DNA of 63,859 nucleotides, the filler included, from Octopus bimaculoides (Eukaryota): NCBI RefSeq assembly GCF_001194135.2. It is 6 parts of 6 records of this genome, joined end to end, with 100 filler letters (N's around TTAATTAATTAA, not from the genome) between each part and the next. Parts side by side here need not be neighbours in the genome. Positions count along the whole stretch, not along the records: positions 46,631 to 55,341 come from NC_068993.1; positions 55,442 to 61,965 come from NC_068986.1; 4 more parts are not named here. The stretch is one strand, 5' to 3'. Position numbers and translations under genes: made by a program. Below, piece after piece: positions 47,901 through 60,135 of this stretch. The notes under the pieces are model-generated. The model saw only the letters and a list, made by a program, of their open reading frames with translations, made no database searches and was not told where the DNA came from. Each line of letters starts with the position of its first letter. The stretch's first letter is position 1.

Positions 47901-48633
47901 TGTTGCTGTGAATGTAGCTAACACACAGTTTAGTCATATTATATTTAACGATTCTTAAAAATAATAGAAGGAAAAAAAACTAAAAAAATGTACACGGTGC
48001 TCAGGCATGGCCGTAGTCAAATGACTGAAGCAAGTAAAAGAAAGAATAAAAGGAAGACGGAGTTATCGTTTCATATCTTCCCTTTGTTTCCCATACTCAT
48101 ACAAAGCTTCCGAGTGCCCAGTCCCCGAGGCGGTACCGTTCAATGCTTTAAAGGATTATTTTCATAAGGCCTGACATTGTGGTAAAGGATATACTCACTT
48201 TAATCCAACACCCACATTATATGGCTTGTAGCTACTATATTGATAGTGAAGGGACAAAATAAGAAATGCTGGTTACGGTTGGATTTGAACTTAGAACGTA
48301 ATATTTACTATTTTCGTCAGTCTACTGCAGCTTATAGCATTTTCGTCTCCCAAGCGATTCTGCATCCTCCTCATCACTATTGCTTTCATTAATGATGGTT
48401 TCAAATTCCGGCAAAAAGCAAGCAGGGCAAGTACTGCCCACAGCCTTAGAAAAACCCTTTCAATTTAAATGTTTGAGTTGTATTAGATGGAGACAATTTT
48501 GTACTACCCACGCCACTCCCCCTCTCCAAACTTCCGCTTATATTTCAACATCTCTTAACTTTCGCTAGTCCTAGGGTGCTGGGCGTGTCCTGACAAGTGA
48601 TTACATCAAACATACAGATAATAATAACGTTCC

Positions 48634-49055
48634 TTTCTACTATAGGCACAAGGCCTGAAATTTTGTAGGAGGGGAAAAGTCGATCATATCAAGCCCAGTA
48701 TCCAAAAAGGATGAAAGGCAAGTTGACCTCAGCGGGATTTGAACTCAGAACGTAAGGATGGACGAAATACTGCTCAGCATTTTTCCCGGCGTGCCGACAA
48801 TTCTGCCAGCTCGCTGTCTTAGATAACAACAACAACAACAACAACACTAACAACAACACTAACAACAACAACAATAATAATAATAATAATAATAATAATC
48901 CTTACTATTATAGGCACAAGGCCTGAAATTTGGGGGAGGGGGACTAGTCGATTACAGCGACCGAAGTGTTTCACTGGTTTTTAATCTATCGACCCCAAAA
49001 GGATAAAAGGATAAAGTCGACTTCGGCAGAATTTGAACTCAGAACGTAAAGACTG
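48634..49055 (-). mobile_element. Two tandem SINE family C copies separated by (AAC)n(AAT)n
   Basis: TATAGGCACAAGGCCTGAAATTT at about 48640 and 48910; GATTTGAACTCAGAACGTAA at about 48737 and 49030. Confidence 0.85.
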
Positions 49056-49474
49056 AGGAAGTGCCTCGAAGCTTNNNNNNNNNNNNNNNNNNNNNNNNNN
49101 NNNNNNNNNNNNNNNNNNNNNNNNNNNNNNNNNNNNNNNNNNNNNNNNNNNNNNNNNNNNNNNNNNNNNNNNNNNNNNNNNNNNNNNNNNNNNNNNNNNN
49201 NNNNNNNNNNNNNNNNNNNNNNNNNNNNNNNNNNNNNNNNNNNNNNNNNNNNNNNNNNNNNNNNNNNNNNNNNNNNNNNNNNNNNNNNNNNNNNNNNNNN
49301 NNNNNNNNNNNNNNNNNNNNNNNNNNNNNNNNNNNNNNNNNNNNNNNNNNNNNNNNNNNNNNNNNNNNNNNNNNNNNNNNNNNNNNNNNNNNNNNNNNNN
49401 NNNNNNNNNNNNNNNNNNNNNNNNNNNNNNNNNNNNNNNNNNNNNNNNNNNNNNNACACACACACACACACACA

Positions 49475-49554
<80 letters not shown>

Positions 49555-50726
49555 GAGAAATAGAGATAGATAGATAAATAGATAAAGAGAAAGAAGAAGG
49601 GAGAGGAAGAGTAAGAGAAGAGAGAAAGGAAGAGAGAGAGAGAGAAGAGAGAGACAGAGACAAATGCATGTATATGAAATAGCATACGACATAAACTCTT
49701 GATTTAGTAAAATTATTTCCGTTACCAGAGGATGTTTCGTAATTACCAAATGGCAACTAAGAGCAACTCAACTTGACAAAGGGAGATAAACGCAATATAT
49801 ATATATGTATATAATACAAAGAAAATGGAGAGTGTGAAGACAAAAACCCAATTTATTTATATAATAGTCAATTTCATGTCTCCTACGCATGTTTCAATTT
49901 CTCACCTTCATTCATATTTTACAATTAAAATTGCATTATGAATTTAAAAAGTAAAAATCTCTTTAGGGCTAAATTGACAAATATTCATTTACATCCTAAA
50001 GGATGGAGAGTTCCTTACAGACTGAAATAGTAACATGTGTATGTGTGTGTGTGTGTGTGAGTGTGTGTGTGTGAGCATGTGTGTCTTTGGATTCCGTTCT
50101 AAAAATTGCTAGATGCGAAACTACTATATATGAAAACATGCTTATGTGCCGACGATGCTCAACTACCCAAACATAATATGTATTTATGAAAACATCATTC
50201 ATATCCGAATTGTCTAACCCTGATGATGTTGTTCGTGTACAGCCTCACCAGATCCACTGTATCAGAGTGAACTCATCCGTTTGGGTGATTGCCAGTACAT
50301 GCACATATAAGACATTCTTGGTAAATAGTTTTTGTCAACCCGTTCTGATTATTTAAATCCCATTCTAATTTGTTGTATATGTATATATAAAACAAAACTG
50401 AACAGAGGAGATTCTTTACAAAATATTAATTACATTTTCGTACGCGCATTTCATTAACAAAGAATGATTGTCAGTTGTATAATATAAACAATATAATCCA
50501 ATTGCATTGTTAAATCTTCAGAGATGCGTATCTGGCATTCATATTTTACTGGATTACTGGCATGTTGCCATCACTGATCGTATAATTTGATTTTAAATCA
50601 CACTTTCTATCCCCCACACGCACGCACACACAGAGACACACACACACCTGTTTGCTTACATATATTCTTACCCATGCCGATTAACAACTATAAACCCACA
50701 CCAACAACGCACACATTCTAACACCC

Positions 50727-50807
<81 letters not shown>

Positions 50808-51525
50808 NNNNNNNNNNNNNNNNNNNNNNNNNNNNNNNNNNNNNNNNNNNNNNNNNNNNNNNNNNNNNNNNNNNNNNNNNNNNNNNNNNNNNNNNNNNNN
50901 NNNNNNNNNNNNNNNNNNNNNNNNNNNNNNNNNNNNNNNNNNNNNNNNNNNNNNNNNNNNNNNNNNNNNNNNNNNNNNNNNNNNNNNNNNNNNNNNNNNN
51001 NNNNNNNNNNNNNNNNNNNNNNNNNNNNNNNNNNNNNNNNNNNNNNNNNNNNNNNNNNNNNNNNNNNNNNNNNNNNNNNNNNNNNNNNNNNNNNNNNNNN
51101 NNNNNNNNNNNNNNNNNNNNNNNNNNNNNNNNNNNNNNNNNNNNNNNNNNNNNNNNNNNNNNNNNNNNNNNNNNNNNNNNNNNNNNNNNNNNNNNNNNNN
51201 NNNNNNNGATATTGTGTGCATTGTGAATGTGGATTCGAGTGCCACCAGCTTTGTTGTTTTGTTATTCATTTGAAATAGTTTTTGTAGTCTGTATTCATTT
51301 TAGTTTCTTTATCTTTCTTTCTTTCTCACTTTTCAGGAAATTTTTCTTTTTTATATTTTCTTTTTAAATGCAAGCTTTTCCATTCTAATTTCGGAAAATA
51401 AAACGTTTTTAAAGTCTGTCTGGTTTGCTCTGCCAAAGGCGAAGTCCATATCCAGAATGTTTGTCATATGTTTTGTGATACAAACAAAGGAATTATACAC
51501 ATATATCCGCGCAAATAATCATGCG

Positions 51526-51556
<31 letters not shown>

Positions 51557-52899
51557 GCGTGTGTGTATGCATATATACATGTATATATATATATATATAT
51601 ATATTTGTGTATTTACGTGAGTACATACGTACACACACACTTAACACACAGATATATAAAAACAAAAGAATGGAAAATTATATATTATTTAATCACTTAC
51701 GGACGTTTCTCATAGATTCGCAAAGTACAAAACTCTGCGATGCAGCAAAAATGCATATAAATAGATCCCGTATCTGATCGAATAAGATTCTACAGAAATA
51801 GCGAAATTTAACACAGCCTGCCCTCATCAAAGCTATATCACACTGTTTGGAACAGAGAACATTTCAAAGAGCGGTATTACTAACAATATTCGACCAGTGT
51901 AAAGTGTAAGGTGTAAAGAGGTATTTCAGTAGATCAGCATAGGAACTGTATGTATCGGATCGCGATAACATTGTAATATACTTAGTTTCGTCAAACTCAC
52001 TCGGCAACTTGACGAATGCGTATGGAAACATTTCTACCGCATTTAAACTGACCAATTAGAATACATAGGGGAGGCATGGAGAACCAAGCAGTTCAATATA
52101 TATATTATTATTTAAGTTACATTGGAAGTGTCATATGATCAGTATAAATTCTAAATATAAACTAAGACAAACAAGTTGAGTTAGCGAGAATTCTAAGAGA
52201 AAGTATATTATTCACCGCGGAAGATATTTTATTTAGAAAAAAAAAAATGTTTTCTTAAAATATAGGCATTTAAAGATTAAAATAATTCTAATACGATTAA
52301 CATAATCTATGATAAATATTAAATGAAAATAAAACATAAAAATAAACTAACAATAAATTAAAAATAAATAATCTAATCTCTCTCTCCCTCTCTCTTTATA
52401 TATANNNNNNNNNNNNNNNNNNNNNNNNNNNNNNNNNNNNNNNNNNNNNNNNNNNNNNNNNNNNNNNNNNNNNNNNNNNNNNNNNNNNNNNNNNNNNNNN
52501 NNNNNNNNNNNNNNNNNNNNNNNNNNNNNNNNNNNNNNNNNNNNNNNNNNNNNNNNNNNNNNNNNNNNNNNNNNNNNNNNNNNNNNNNNNNNNNNNNNNN
52601 NNNNNNNNNNNNNNNNNNNNNNNNNNNNNNNNNNNNNNNNNNNNNNNNNNNNNNNNNNNNNNNNNNNNNNNNNNNNNNNNNNNNNNNNNNNNNNNNNNNN
52701 NNNNNNNNNNNNNNNNNNNNNNNNNNNNNNNNNNNNNNNNNNNNNNNNNNNNNNNNNNNNNNNNNNNNNNNNNNNNNNNNNNNNNNNNNNNNNNNNNNNN
52801 NNNNNNNNNNNNNNNNNNNNNNNNNNNNNNNNNNNNNNNNNNNNNNNNNNNNNNNNNNNNNNNNNNNNNNNNNNNNNNNNNNNNNNNNNNNNNNNNNNN

Positions 52900-52943
<44 letters not shown>

Positions 52944-53254
52944 AATTAATATTGACAGCGGTATGCAATGTGGTACCAAAAAGGAAAACTATAATTGTCA
53001 TTAAATATGACTTAGGGTGTCAGAACAGCTACATTGCTAGAAATAAGAGCTAGACTGTTCTAATGCTGTAGCAAAAGCACACACACACACACACACACTA
53101 ACACATATGGACTCTCTCGTCGTGAGACGACGTATGAGGGTTCTGCACTTCTTTGCTGATCAGTCACATATGATTTTTTTCATAATCATCAAATGTTTGT
53201 GTTGCACATAAGCTCACTCTCTCCATCAAACTGACATTACCTGTACAGGTGCAC

Positions 53255-53400
53255 CATATGCCACATGTCAGATGACCAAATGATCGTGGAGCAACGTGAA
53301 ACGAACTGTTTTGCTCAAGAACTCAACGTAACACCTGATCTGGGAATCGAAACTACAAACTGGCAATCGTGAATGCAGCATGCTGACCAGTAAGCCATGT
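53255..53400 (-). mobile_element. tRNA-derived SINE head fragment
   Basis: TTTTGCTCAAGAAC...GGGAATCGAAAC, the same head as 47505-47560. Confidence 0.65.
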
Positions 53401-53413
53401 ATGTTGCTTTCTA

Positions 53414-53945
53414 CTAACAAGTTCCCCTTATAGCATCTGTTTAGGGATCATGCTATCATTCATTCTAACAAGGTGTCCAATCCAACGTAACCGGCGTTTG
53501 TGCACCATCGCCTTAATACTCAGCATATCGGCTTTCCTCAGGACTTGTGTATCATATGCTATATGGGGAACTTGTTAGGGGAAAGGGACTCCGGCAGAAG
53601 GACTGTGTAAAGTCCCCATTAAAGGCCTGTGAAATGCGGAGGCTGATTGGGAGAGCAATATTTGTCATCGCCACAGATGGAGGAAACAGGTGAAGGAGGG
53701 AGTCGATACCTTTGAAAGAGCACGTTTTCGTCATGAAGAATTTAAGCGTGCTGCTCGAAAGCGCACTGCTGGTGTAGTGAATGGGGAAAGCTTGGTCTGC
53801 AATGTTTGCAGTTGTGTATGTTTGTCAAGAGCAGGGCTCGACAGTCACCAACGGAGCCGCATGTGTAAAGTGTAAGGTAGTCTTGACCGTACAATGTTCC
53901 TAAATTTCAATAATGGTTTTCCTTGGTCACGAGTGGACGGCCATC
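53414..53945 (+). mobile_element. RTE (BovB-like) LINE 3' end with inverted 5' segment
   Basis: 53556-53875 (+) reads ML YGELVRGK...WRKQVKEGVDTFE...LVCNVCSCVCLSRAGLDSHQRS. 53414-53555 reads on the minus strand YDTQVLRKADMLSIKAMVHKRRLRWIGHLVRMNDSMIPKQML. (TGTA)n follows the 3' end. Confidence 0.88.
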
Positions 53946-54687
53946 ATGTATGTATGTATGTATGTATGTATGTATGTATGTATGTCTCTTCTATTTTTTT
54001 AATTATTATAAATCTCTCACAGTTTCCAACAAAGATACAAGGCTCCATCTTTGGGATGTAGTTAACACGGACAAATTCACATTTGGATCCTGAGAAAAGT
54101 CTTGCATATTTTTACTGTTCCACTCACAGATTGCACTTGTAATGTACGAATTAGCCGGTCGGTTTCTCTTTATATGTATGTATGTATGTATGTTCTACTT
54201 TTAGTCATCTGAAATCTTTCCGTAAGAGAGGATCCGGTTTCTAACATAGGTACAAAGCTAGGTCCCTCGTTGGAATGGAGATGACAAAATCAATGTCGCA
54301 TTTTTAGCAGGAGAAATATCCCGCGTATATTTATTGTTCCACTTGCAGATTTTATTTCTATGATGCGAGGTAGCCGATTGATTCCTTTTTCTGCAAATCC
54401 AAACTCATCCAGATTGTCACTGAGGTTTTACTCACAAAACCAAGTGCACCATTCATTATAGGGAAAATGCGAATTTATATTCTGCATGTATGTATGTGGA
54501 CGTGTAATTTCGTGTTTTGCTTTGAAGCAATGCACGTTCCCAAAATTTTCGACTCGAGTCAATATAAAGCAAACTACTCCAAATCCTTCTTTGAGTATCT
54601 GCGTAAGGGGAGTCAGGACACGGGAGTCTGTGCTAGCATCGAGTCGTATAACTTGTAATTACTGGGTTTGACTCCATTTTTACGAGT

Positions 54688-54749
54688 TATATGTATATGT
54701 CAAAACGTAAATACATGTATACATAATGTATATATATATATATATACAC

Positions 54750-54808
<59 letters not shown>

Positions 54809-55183
54809 TACATATATATATATGCAAGTATATGTATATATTTGCACATATATATATGCATATATATATACATACATTCATATATATGTATATATGTTTG
54901 TATACATATATATGTATATATATATTTATATATATATATATATATATACGCACATACATGCATACATATATACATGCATATACACATACACATATATATG
55001 TATATACGTATGTATAATTTTTCTCTCCAAATTAGCACAGTGATGCATATTCAAAGCAGAAAATTCTAATGAAGTACCCCATAAACTAGGTTTTGCGTTG
55101 ATATATACACAGACACACACAGACACACACAGACACAGACACAGACACAGACACAGACACACAGAGACACAGACGCACACACA

Positions 55184-55218
<35 letters not shown>

Positions 55219-55340
55219 CTATATACGTACACTCACAAAACCAGTTTATTAAAGCCTCATCACCAACATCGCTCATCATGATCACCATTCGTAATCGTAG
55301 CATCATTATGATGACTACGATGATATATATATATATATAT
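54688..55340. repeat. Compound microsatellite field: (TA)n, (TATG)n, (CA)n, (CACAGA)n
   Basis: Visible directly. Similar fields at 29290-29520, 33190-33300, 37110-37305, 39760-40105, 40325-40500 and 49456-49660. Confidence 0.9.
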
Positions 55341-55529
55341 ANNNNNNNNNNNNNNNNNNNNNNNNNNNNNNNNNNNNNNNNNNNNTTAATTAATTAANNN
55401 NNNNNNNNNNNNNNNNNNNNNNNNNNNNNNNNNNNNNNNNNATATATCAGTATACAAAAAGTAGGACAAGAATGTCACAAGTGACAACATATAGATAGAT
55501 AGATATATATTTAGATAGATAGATAGATT

Positions 55530-55591
<62 letters not shown>

Positions 55592-55887
55592 CAGCTAGAA
55601 TGGTGCGGTAAAAGACCCCCCTGATTCACCATTTCTCAGTTGTGTAAAATACGGAATTGCAGTTGTGGTTGAGTGTGTGTTATTTATTAAAGTTACGGTT
55701 GCAAAAATCTATTCATTTTGCTTTTTCTTTTTTCCTTTTGACTGAAATACTTTCAAAAGTGTCTGTGGTTGTCGTCTTCTGTATTTTGCCTCGTTTTTTT
55801 TCAATATAGAGATTTGAATATCTTTCGTCAACTTAACAGTCAATCAGTTGATTTTTTTTTCTTTAGTTGTGTGTCAACATTTTATGC

Positions 55888-56131
55888 ATGAATTCTTTTA
55901 TTCTTTCACTTGTTTTAGCCATTTTGACTGCGGCCATGCTGGAGCACCGCCTTTACTCGAACAAATCTACCTCAGGACTTATTCTTTGTAAGCCTTAGTA
56001 TTTATTCTATTCTATCGGTCTCTCTTTTGCCGAACCGCTATGTTACGGGGACGTAAACACACCAACATCGGTTGTCAAGCGATAGTGGGGAGACAGACAC
56101 AGACACACACATATACATACANNNNNNNNNN

Positions 56132-56167
<36 letters not shown>

Positions 56168-56330
56168 ATATACGACGGGCTTCTTTCAGTTTCCATCTAC
56201 CAAATCCACTCACAAGGCTTTGGTCGATCCGAGGCTATAGTAGAAGGCCCTTGCACAAGGTGGCACGCAGTGGGACTGAACCCGGAAGCATGTGGTTGGG
56301 ATGCAAGCTTCTTACCACACAGTCACCCCT
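55888..56330 (-). mobile_element. SINE family B, full length, with internal (CA)n
   Basis: The same tail and head modules as 41940-43270. Confidence 0.88.
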
Positions 56331-56364
56331 CCGACTGTATACATGTATATTTATGCATTTCTCT

Positions 56365-56504
56365 TATTTCTTTTATCCTTTTACTTGTTTCAGTCATTTG
56401 ACTGCGGCCATGCTGGAGCACCACCGTTAGTCGAAGAAATCGACCACAGGACTTATTCTTTGTAAGCCTAGTACTTGTTCTATCTTTCGCTTTTGCCGAA
56501 CCGC
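56365..56504 (-). mobile_element. SINE family B 3' fragment, truncated by a hAT-like end
   Basis: GTCATTTGACTGCGGCCATGCTGGAGCACC...TTTTGCCGAACCGC. Confidence 0.8.
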
Positions 56505-56643
56505 ACCAGTGTGCCGCGGCATACCGGTTGCGAAGCATTGTTCTAGACCAGTGGTTCTTAATTTTTTTGTTTTTGTAACGCTTGCCTTTCAAGTTGTTAT
56601 GCCTGGCGCCCACTTAAGTATCACGGTTGAAACTAACTTGACA
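56505..56643. mobile_element. hAT (Charlie-type) termini joined tail to head across TTCTAGAC
   Basis: ...GGTTGCGAAGCATTG|TTCTAGAC|CAGTGGTTCTTAA: CAGTG-type TIR ends and an NTCTAGAN-type 8-bp target. Runs into a gap. Confidence 0.55.
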
Positions 56644-57529
56644 NNNNNNNNNNNNNNNNNNNNNNNNNNNNNNNNNNNNNNNNNNNNNNNNNNNNNNNNN
56701 NNNNNNNNNNNNNNNNNNNNNNNNNNNNNNNNNNNNNNNNNNNNNNNNNNNNNNNNNNNNNNNNNNNNNNNNNNNNNNNNNNNNNNNNNNNNNNNNNNNN
56801 NNNNNNNNNNNNNNNNNNNNNNNNNNNNNNNNNNNNNNNNNNNNNNNNNNNNNNNNNNNNNNNNNNNNNNNNNNNNNNNNNNNNNNNNNNNNNNNNNNNN
56901 NNNNNNNNNNNNNNNNNNNNNNNNNNNNNNNNNNNNNNNNNNNNNNNNNNNNNNNNNNNNNNNNNNNNNNNNNNNNNNNNNNNNNNNNNNNNNNNNNNNN
57001 NNNNNNNNNNNNNNNNNNNNNNNNNNNNNNNNNNNNNNNNNNNNNNNNNNNNNNNNNNNNNNNNNNNNNNNNNNNNNNNNNNNNNNNNNNNNNNNNNNNN
57101 NNNNNNNNNNNNNNNNNNNNNNNNNNNNNNNNNNNNNNNNNNNNNNNNNNNNNNNNNNNNNNNNNNNNNNNNNNNNNNNNNNNNNNNNNNNNNNNNNNNN
57201 NNNNNNNNNNNNNNNNNNNNNNNNNNNNNNNNNNNNNNNNNNNNNNNNNNNNNNNNNNNNNNNNNNNNNNNNNNNNNNNNNNNNNNNNNNNNNNNNNNNN
57301 NNNNNNNNNNNNNNNNNNNNGAGGCACTATGACAAATTGTTTTGACTGCAGCTTCTTACATACAAGCATAAATGGCTCCTTTTTTTTCTTTTCTTTTGTC
57401 AAAATAATGTCAAAGTAATTCTCAAAAATAATTTGACTTAACACTTCAAAACGAGTATACATTGCATGGACAATATTTATTAATGATACTTGTTGCCTAC
57501 TTTGAGCACTTACTCAAAGCAGCTACTTG

Positions 57530-57775
57530 CTTAGTGGCTCGGGCATTCGGCTCGCGATTGTAAGGTCGTGAGTTCAATTCCCGGCAATGCCTTGTCTTTG
57601 AGCAAGACACTTTATTTCACGTTGCTCCAGTCCACTCAACTGGCAAAAATGAGTTGTACCTGTATTTCAAGGAGCCAGCCTTGTCACACTCTGTATCATG
57701 CTGAATCTCCCTGACAATTACGTTAAGGGTACACATGTCTGTGGAGTGCTCAGCCACTTGCACATTAATTTCATG
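57530..57775 (+). mobile_element. SINE family D, interrupted by an RTE 3' end
   Basis: TAGTGGCTCGGGC...GAGTTCAATTCCCGG head. Module TGTACCTGTATTTCAA...GTTAAGGGTACAC..GTCTGTGG..TGCTCAGCCACTTGCAC shared with 61760-61880. Confidence 0.8.
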
Positions 57776-58230
57776 TCCATCCATCCATCCATCCATCCAT
57801 CCATCCATCCATTTTCCCCCCCACTGTTCGTGGGAGGGTCGTGAGCTACCTCCTTCATAGGATCTTATCAGAAGCAATCATCATTACACTTTCCTGTTGG
57901 ATTCTCAAGCGTGACCAACTGAGTCTATGGATATTATCCAACCATATCGTTCTTGGACTACCTCTAGGTCTCCTATCAACTGGCTTCGCTTGAAGGATCC
58001 GTCTTGTGGTCCTTTCCTGTAAGCATTCTAATCACCGGATCTGTGACTTCTCAATGCGGTAAAGTAGCAGCTCAACTTGGTGAAACCACCTGATTTCTGA
58101 GATGTGGCTAACTCAGAGATCAAGTTGTCTCACTAAGTTGAGCCGTTATGCACCCTGTCGAGTAACGTTAATCCGGAGATCATTTGGAGTGATCTCTTTT
58201 CCACCGCTTGTATTCGCGATCGTTCTCTTT
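57776..58230 (-). mobile_element. Rex3/Expander-like RTE LINE 3' end with (GGAT)n tail
   Basis: Minus strand ERSRIQAVEKRSLQMISGLTLLDRVHN...LLYRIEKSQIR...RGSPRTIWLDNIHRLSWSRL.IQQE...LTTLP, followed by (TGGA)n at 57776-57810. Confidence 0.78.
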
Positions 58231-58865
58231 TGGAAAGATTCGAAAACTGAATTTAATTTTCCATGCATCATTCTTGACTGATTTGGAAAATTAAATAAGG
58301 TGATGTAGAGAGTATTTGTGAAATATTTTCTTAAATAGTCCGAAAAGTAGATATAAAAACATTGATGTACACACCCATATCTTAATCAGAATTTATCTCC
58401 ATTTACAGACAACACGTTTTTCTGACAAAACTTTCCATCGTTTTTATCTTATTGTCAGTCTTACATCTGAGGAAGATAACAACACGCCTAACACAAGACA
58501 AGAGGAAAAAATAAAATAAAGTAAATAAAATGATTGGCTATTGCACCACTAATTGAATAACAAACAACAGACATCATGTGATCTTGAATTTATTATTTCT
58601 GAAAAGTTTATAAAACTAACAAATACATAAATAAATAATAAATTGATGTTCGGTTCATGAAGTGAGGTAATGTGTACTTATTTTCTACAAGGCAAATGAA
58701 TGTTATGCTTCATTAATAAACCTTTGTCCGTGTATTTTCTTTTCATTTTATCGTTGGAGCTAAGGGGGTGAGCTGGCAGAATCGTTAAAGCAGTGCACAA
58801 AATGATTAACCGCATTTTTTCCAGCTCTTTATGTTCTGAGTTTTAATTCCAACGAGGTCGACTTT

Positions 58866-59907
58866 GGGATCTTTCTGATTTGGCGGATACCATTTATTTT
58901 CTAACGAAACACTTTCAAACTTGGGATACTGGTAGAATGTGTCATATAAAACATCTTTTTCTCTTAGCCTTGTTAAGAAAAGTTTGTATATTCCAAGTTA
59001 TTTCATGTTAAAAGTTGTCGTATTTCGGTAATTTCAACCAATCACTGATGTCTATTGAGGTGAAACAATTACTGCTGTGGTTTGTCAACAACACGTTCTG
59101 GCGGTGTAATGGGATCTTTTCCCTTGAATAAAATTAGTGCCGTTGTTTGTCAACAACAACTAACAGCGGTACTGTTATTTATGATATCGTTCGTGCGTTT
59201 GTACTGGTTTTAGCTTTAGGGTCTTAGGGTTAGGATTCGGGTTTTAGAATTAGGGTTAGGGTTAGGGTTTTAGAGTTAGGGTTATGAATATTTTTGCCAA
59301 ATTTGGTGAAAATCTGTTCAACAATTTTTCAGTAATTGTCTATGTACTGTGTACTCAGTAGCACATTTTCTAAACGATGATAGAGTTTGATTTGAGGTAG
59401 ATTTGGCTGCTATTTCTAGGAAATGAAGCAACTGTTTGGAAGCCCTTTCTTTCAACTATTTTGTTGTCTTGATTTCCTTATTAGCTATTATCCAATAAAC
59501 TGAAACAAGTAGAATAGTGTAATTCAAGCATATTGGCAGTAGCTAATAAACCTTTCTATTATAGGCACAAGGCCTGGTTTTTAAGGGAAGGGGTAAGTCA
59601 ATTATATTAATCCCAGTGCATAACTGGTGCTTAATTCAAAGGGATTACCAGGGACAAACGATATATACACCGACACAAATTATTGTTGACAAAGAACAGC
59701 AGTAACTGTATTCAGCTGAATAGACGTCAGTGATTGGTTGAAATTACCGAAATACGACAATTTTTAACATGAAATAACTTCGAATATAAATTTTTTTCTG
59801 TTCTATAAGACAAGATATACAAGTATACGAAGGTTTAAAGTGTTTCGGTAGAAAACACTAAATAAAAACTAAATAAAAAAGGGTGTCTGCCAAATCAGAA
59901 AGATCCC
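58866..59907. mobile_element. Long-TIR (foldback) non-autonomous DNA element, 6-bp TSD, internal TTAGGG array
   Basis: Terminus GGGATCTTTCTGATTTGGC at both ends; arms of about 230 bp (58866-59092 and 59681-59907); TSD GACTTT at 58860-58865 and 59908-59913. Confidence 0.88.
59208..59284 (+). repeat. Degenerate telomere-like (TTAGGG)n array
   Basis: tttagggtcttagggttaggattcgggttttagaattagggttagggttagggttttagagttagggtta. Confidence 0.85.
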
Positions 59908-60032
59908 GACTTTGCCTATCGGTGTCGACGAAATAAGTACCAGTTAACCAATGGGTCGATGTAATCGTCTAATCTCTTTTCCCCAAACTTCAGACTTTGT
60001 GTCTATAGTAGAAAGAACTATATCGTTGTATC

Positions 60033-60135
60033 TAAAGTGACGAGTTTGCAGAGTCGTCCGCGCGATAGATAAAATGCTTAGCGGCATTTCGTCCGGTTTT
60101 TACGTCTTCAGATCAAATTCCGCTGTGGTCGATTT
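60033..60135 (+). mobile_element. SINE family C head fragment
   Basis: GACGAGTTTGCAGAGTCG...AAAATGCTTAGCGGCATTTCGTCC...CAAATTCCGCTGTGGTCGATTT. Confidence 0.7.

Larger units (their letters stand above)
58762..60018 (+). mobile_element. SINE family C split by a foldback insertion (parts 58762-58865 and 59908-60018)
   Basis: GAGGTCGACTTT| ... |GACTTTGCCTATC restores the family C core GAGGTCGACTTTGCCTTTC seen intact at 62072-62095. Confidence 0.85.

Noticed and set aside
59208-59284. Possible real telomere or chromosome-fusion scar
   Set aside because: Short, degenerate, single orientation and enclosed in a TSD-flanked element.
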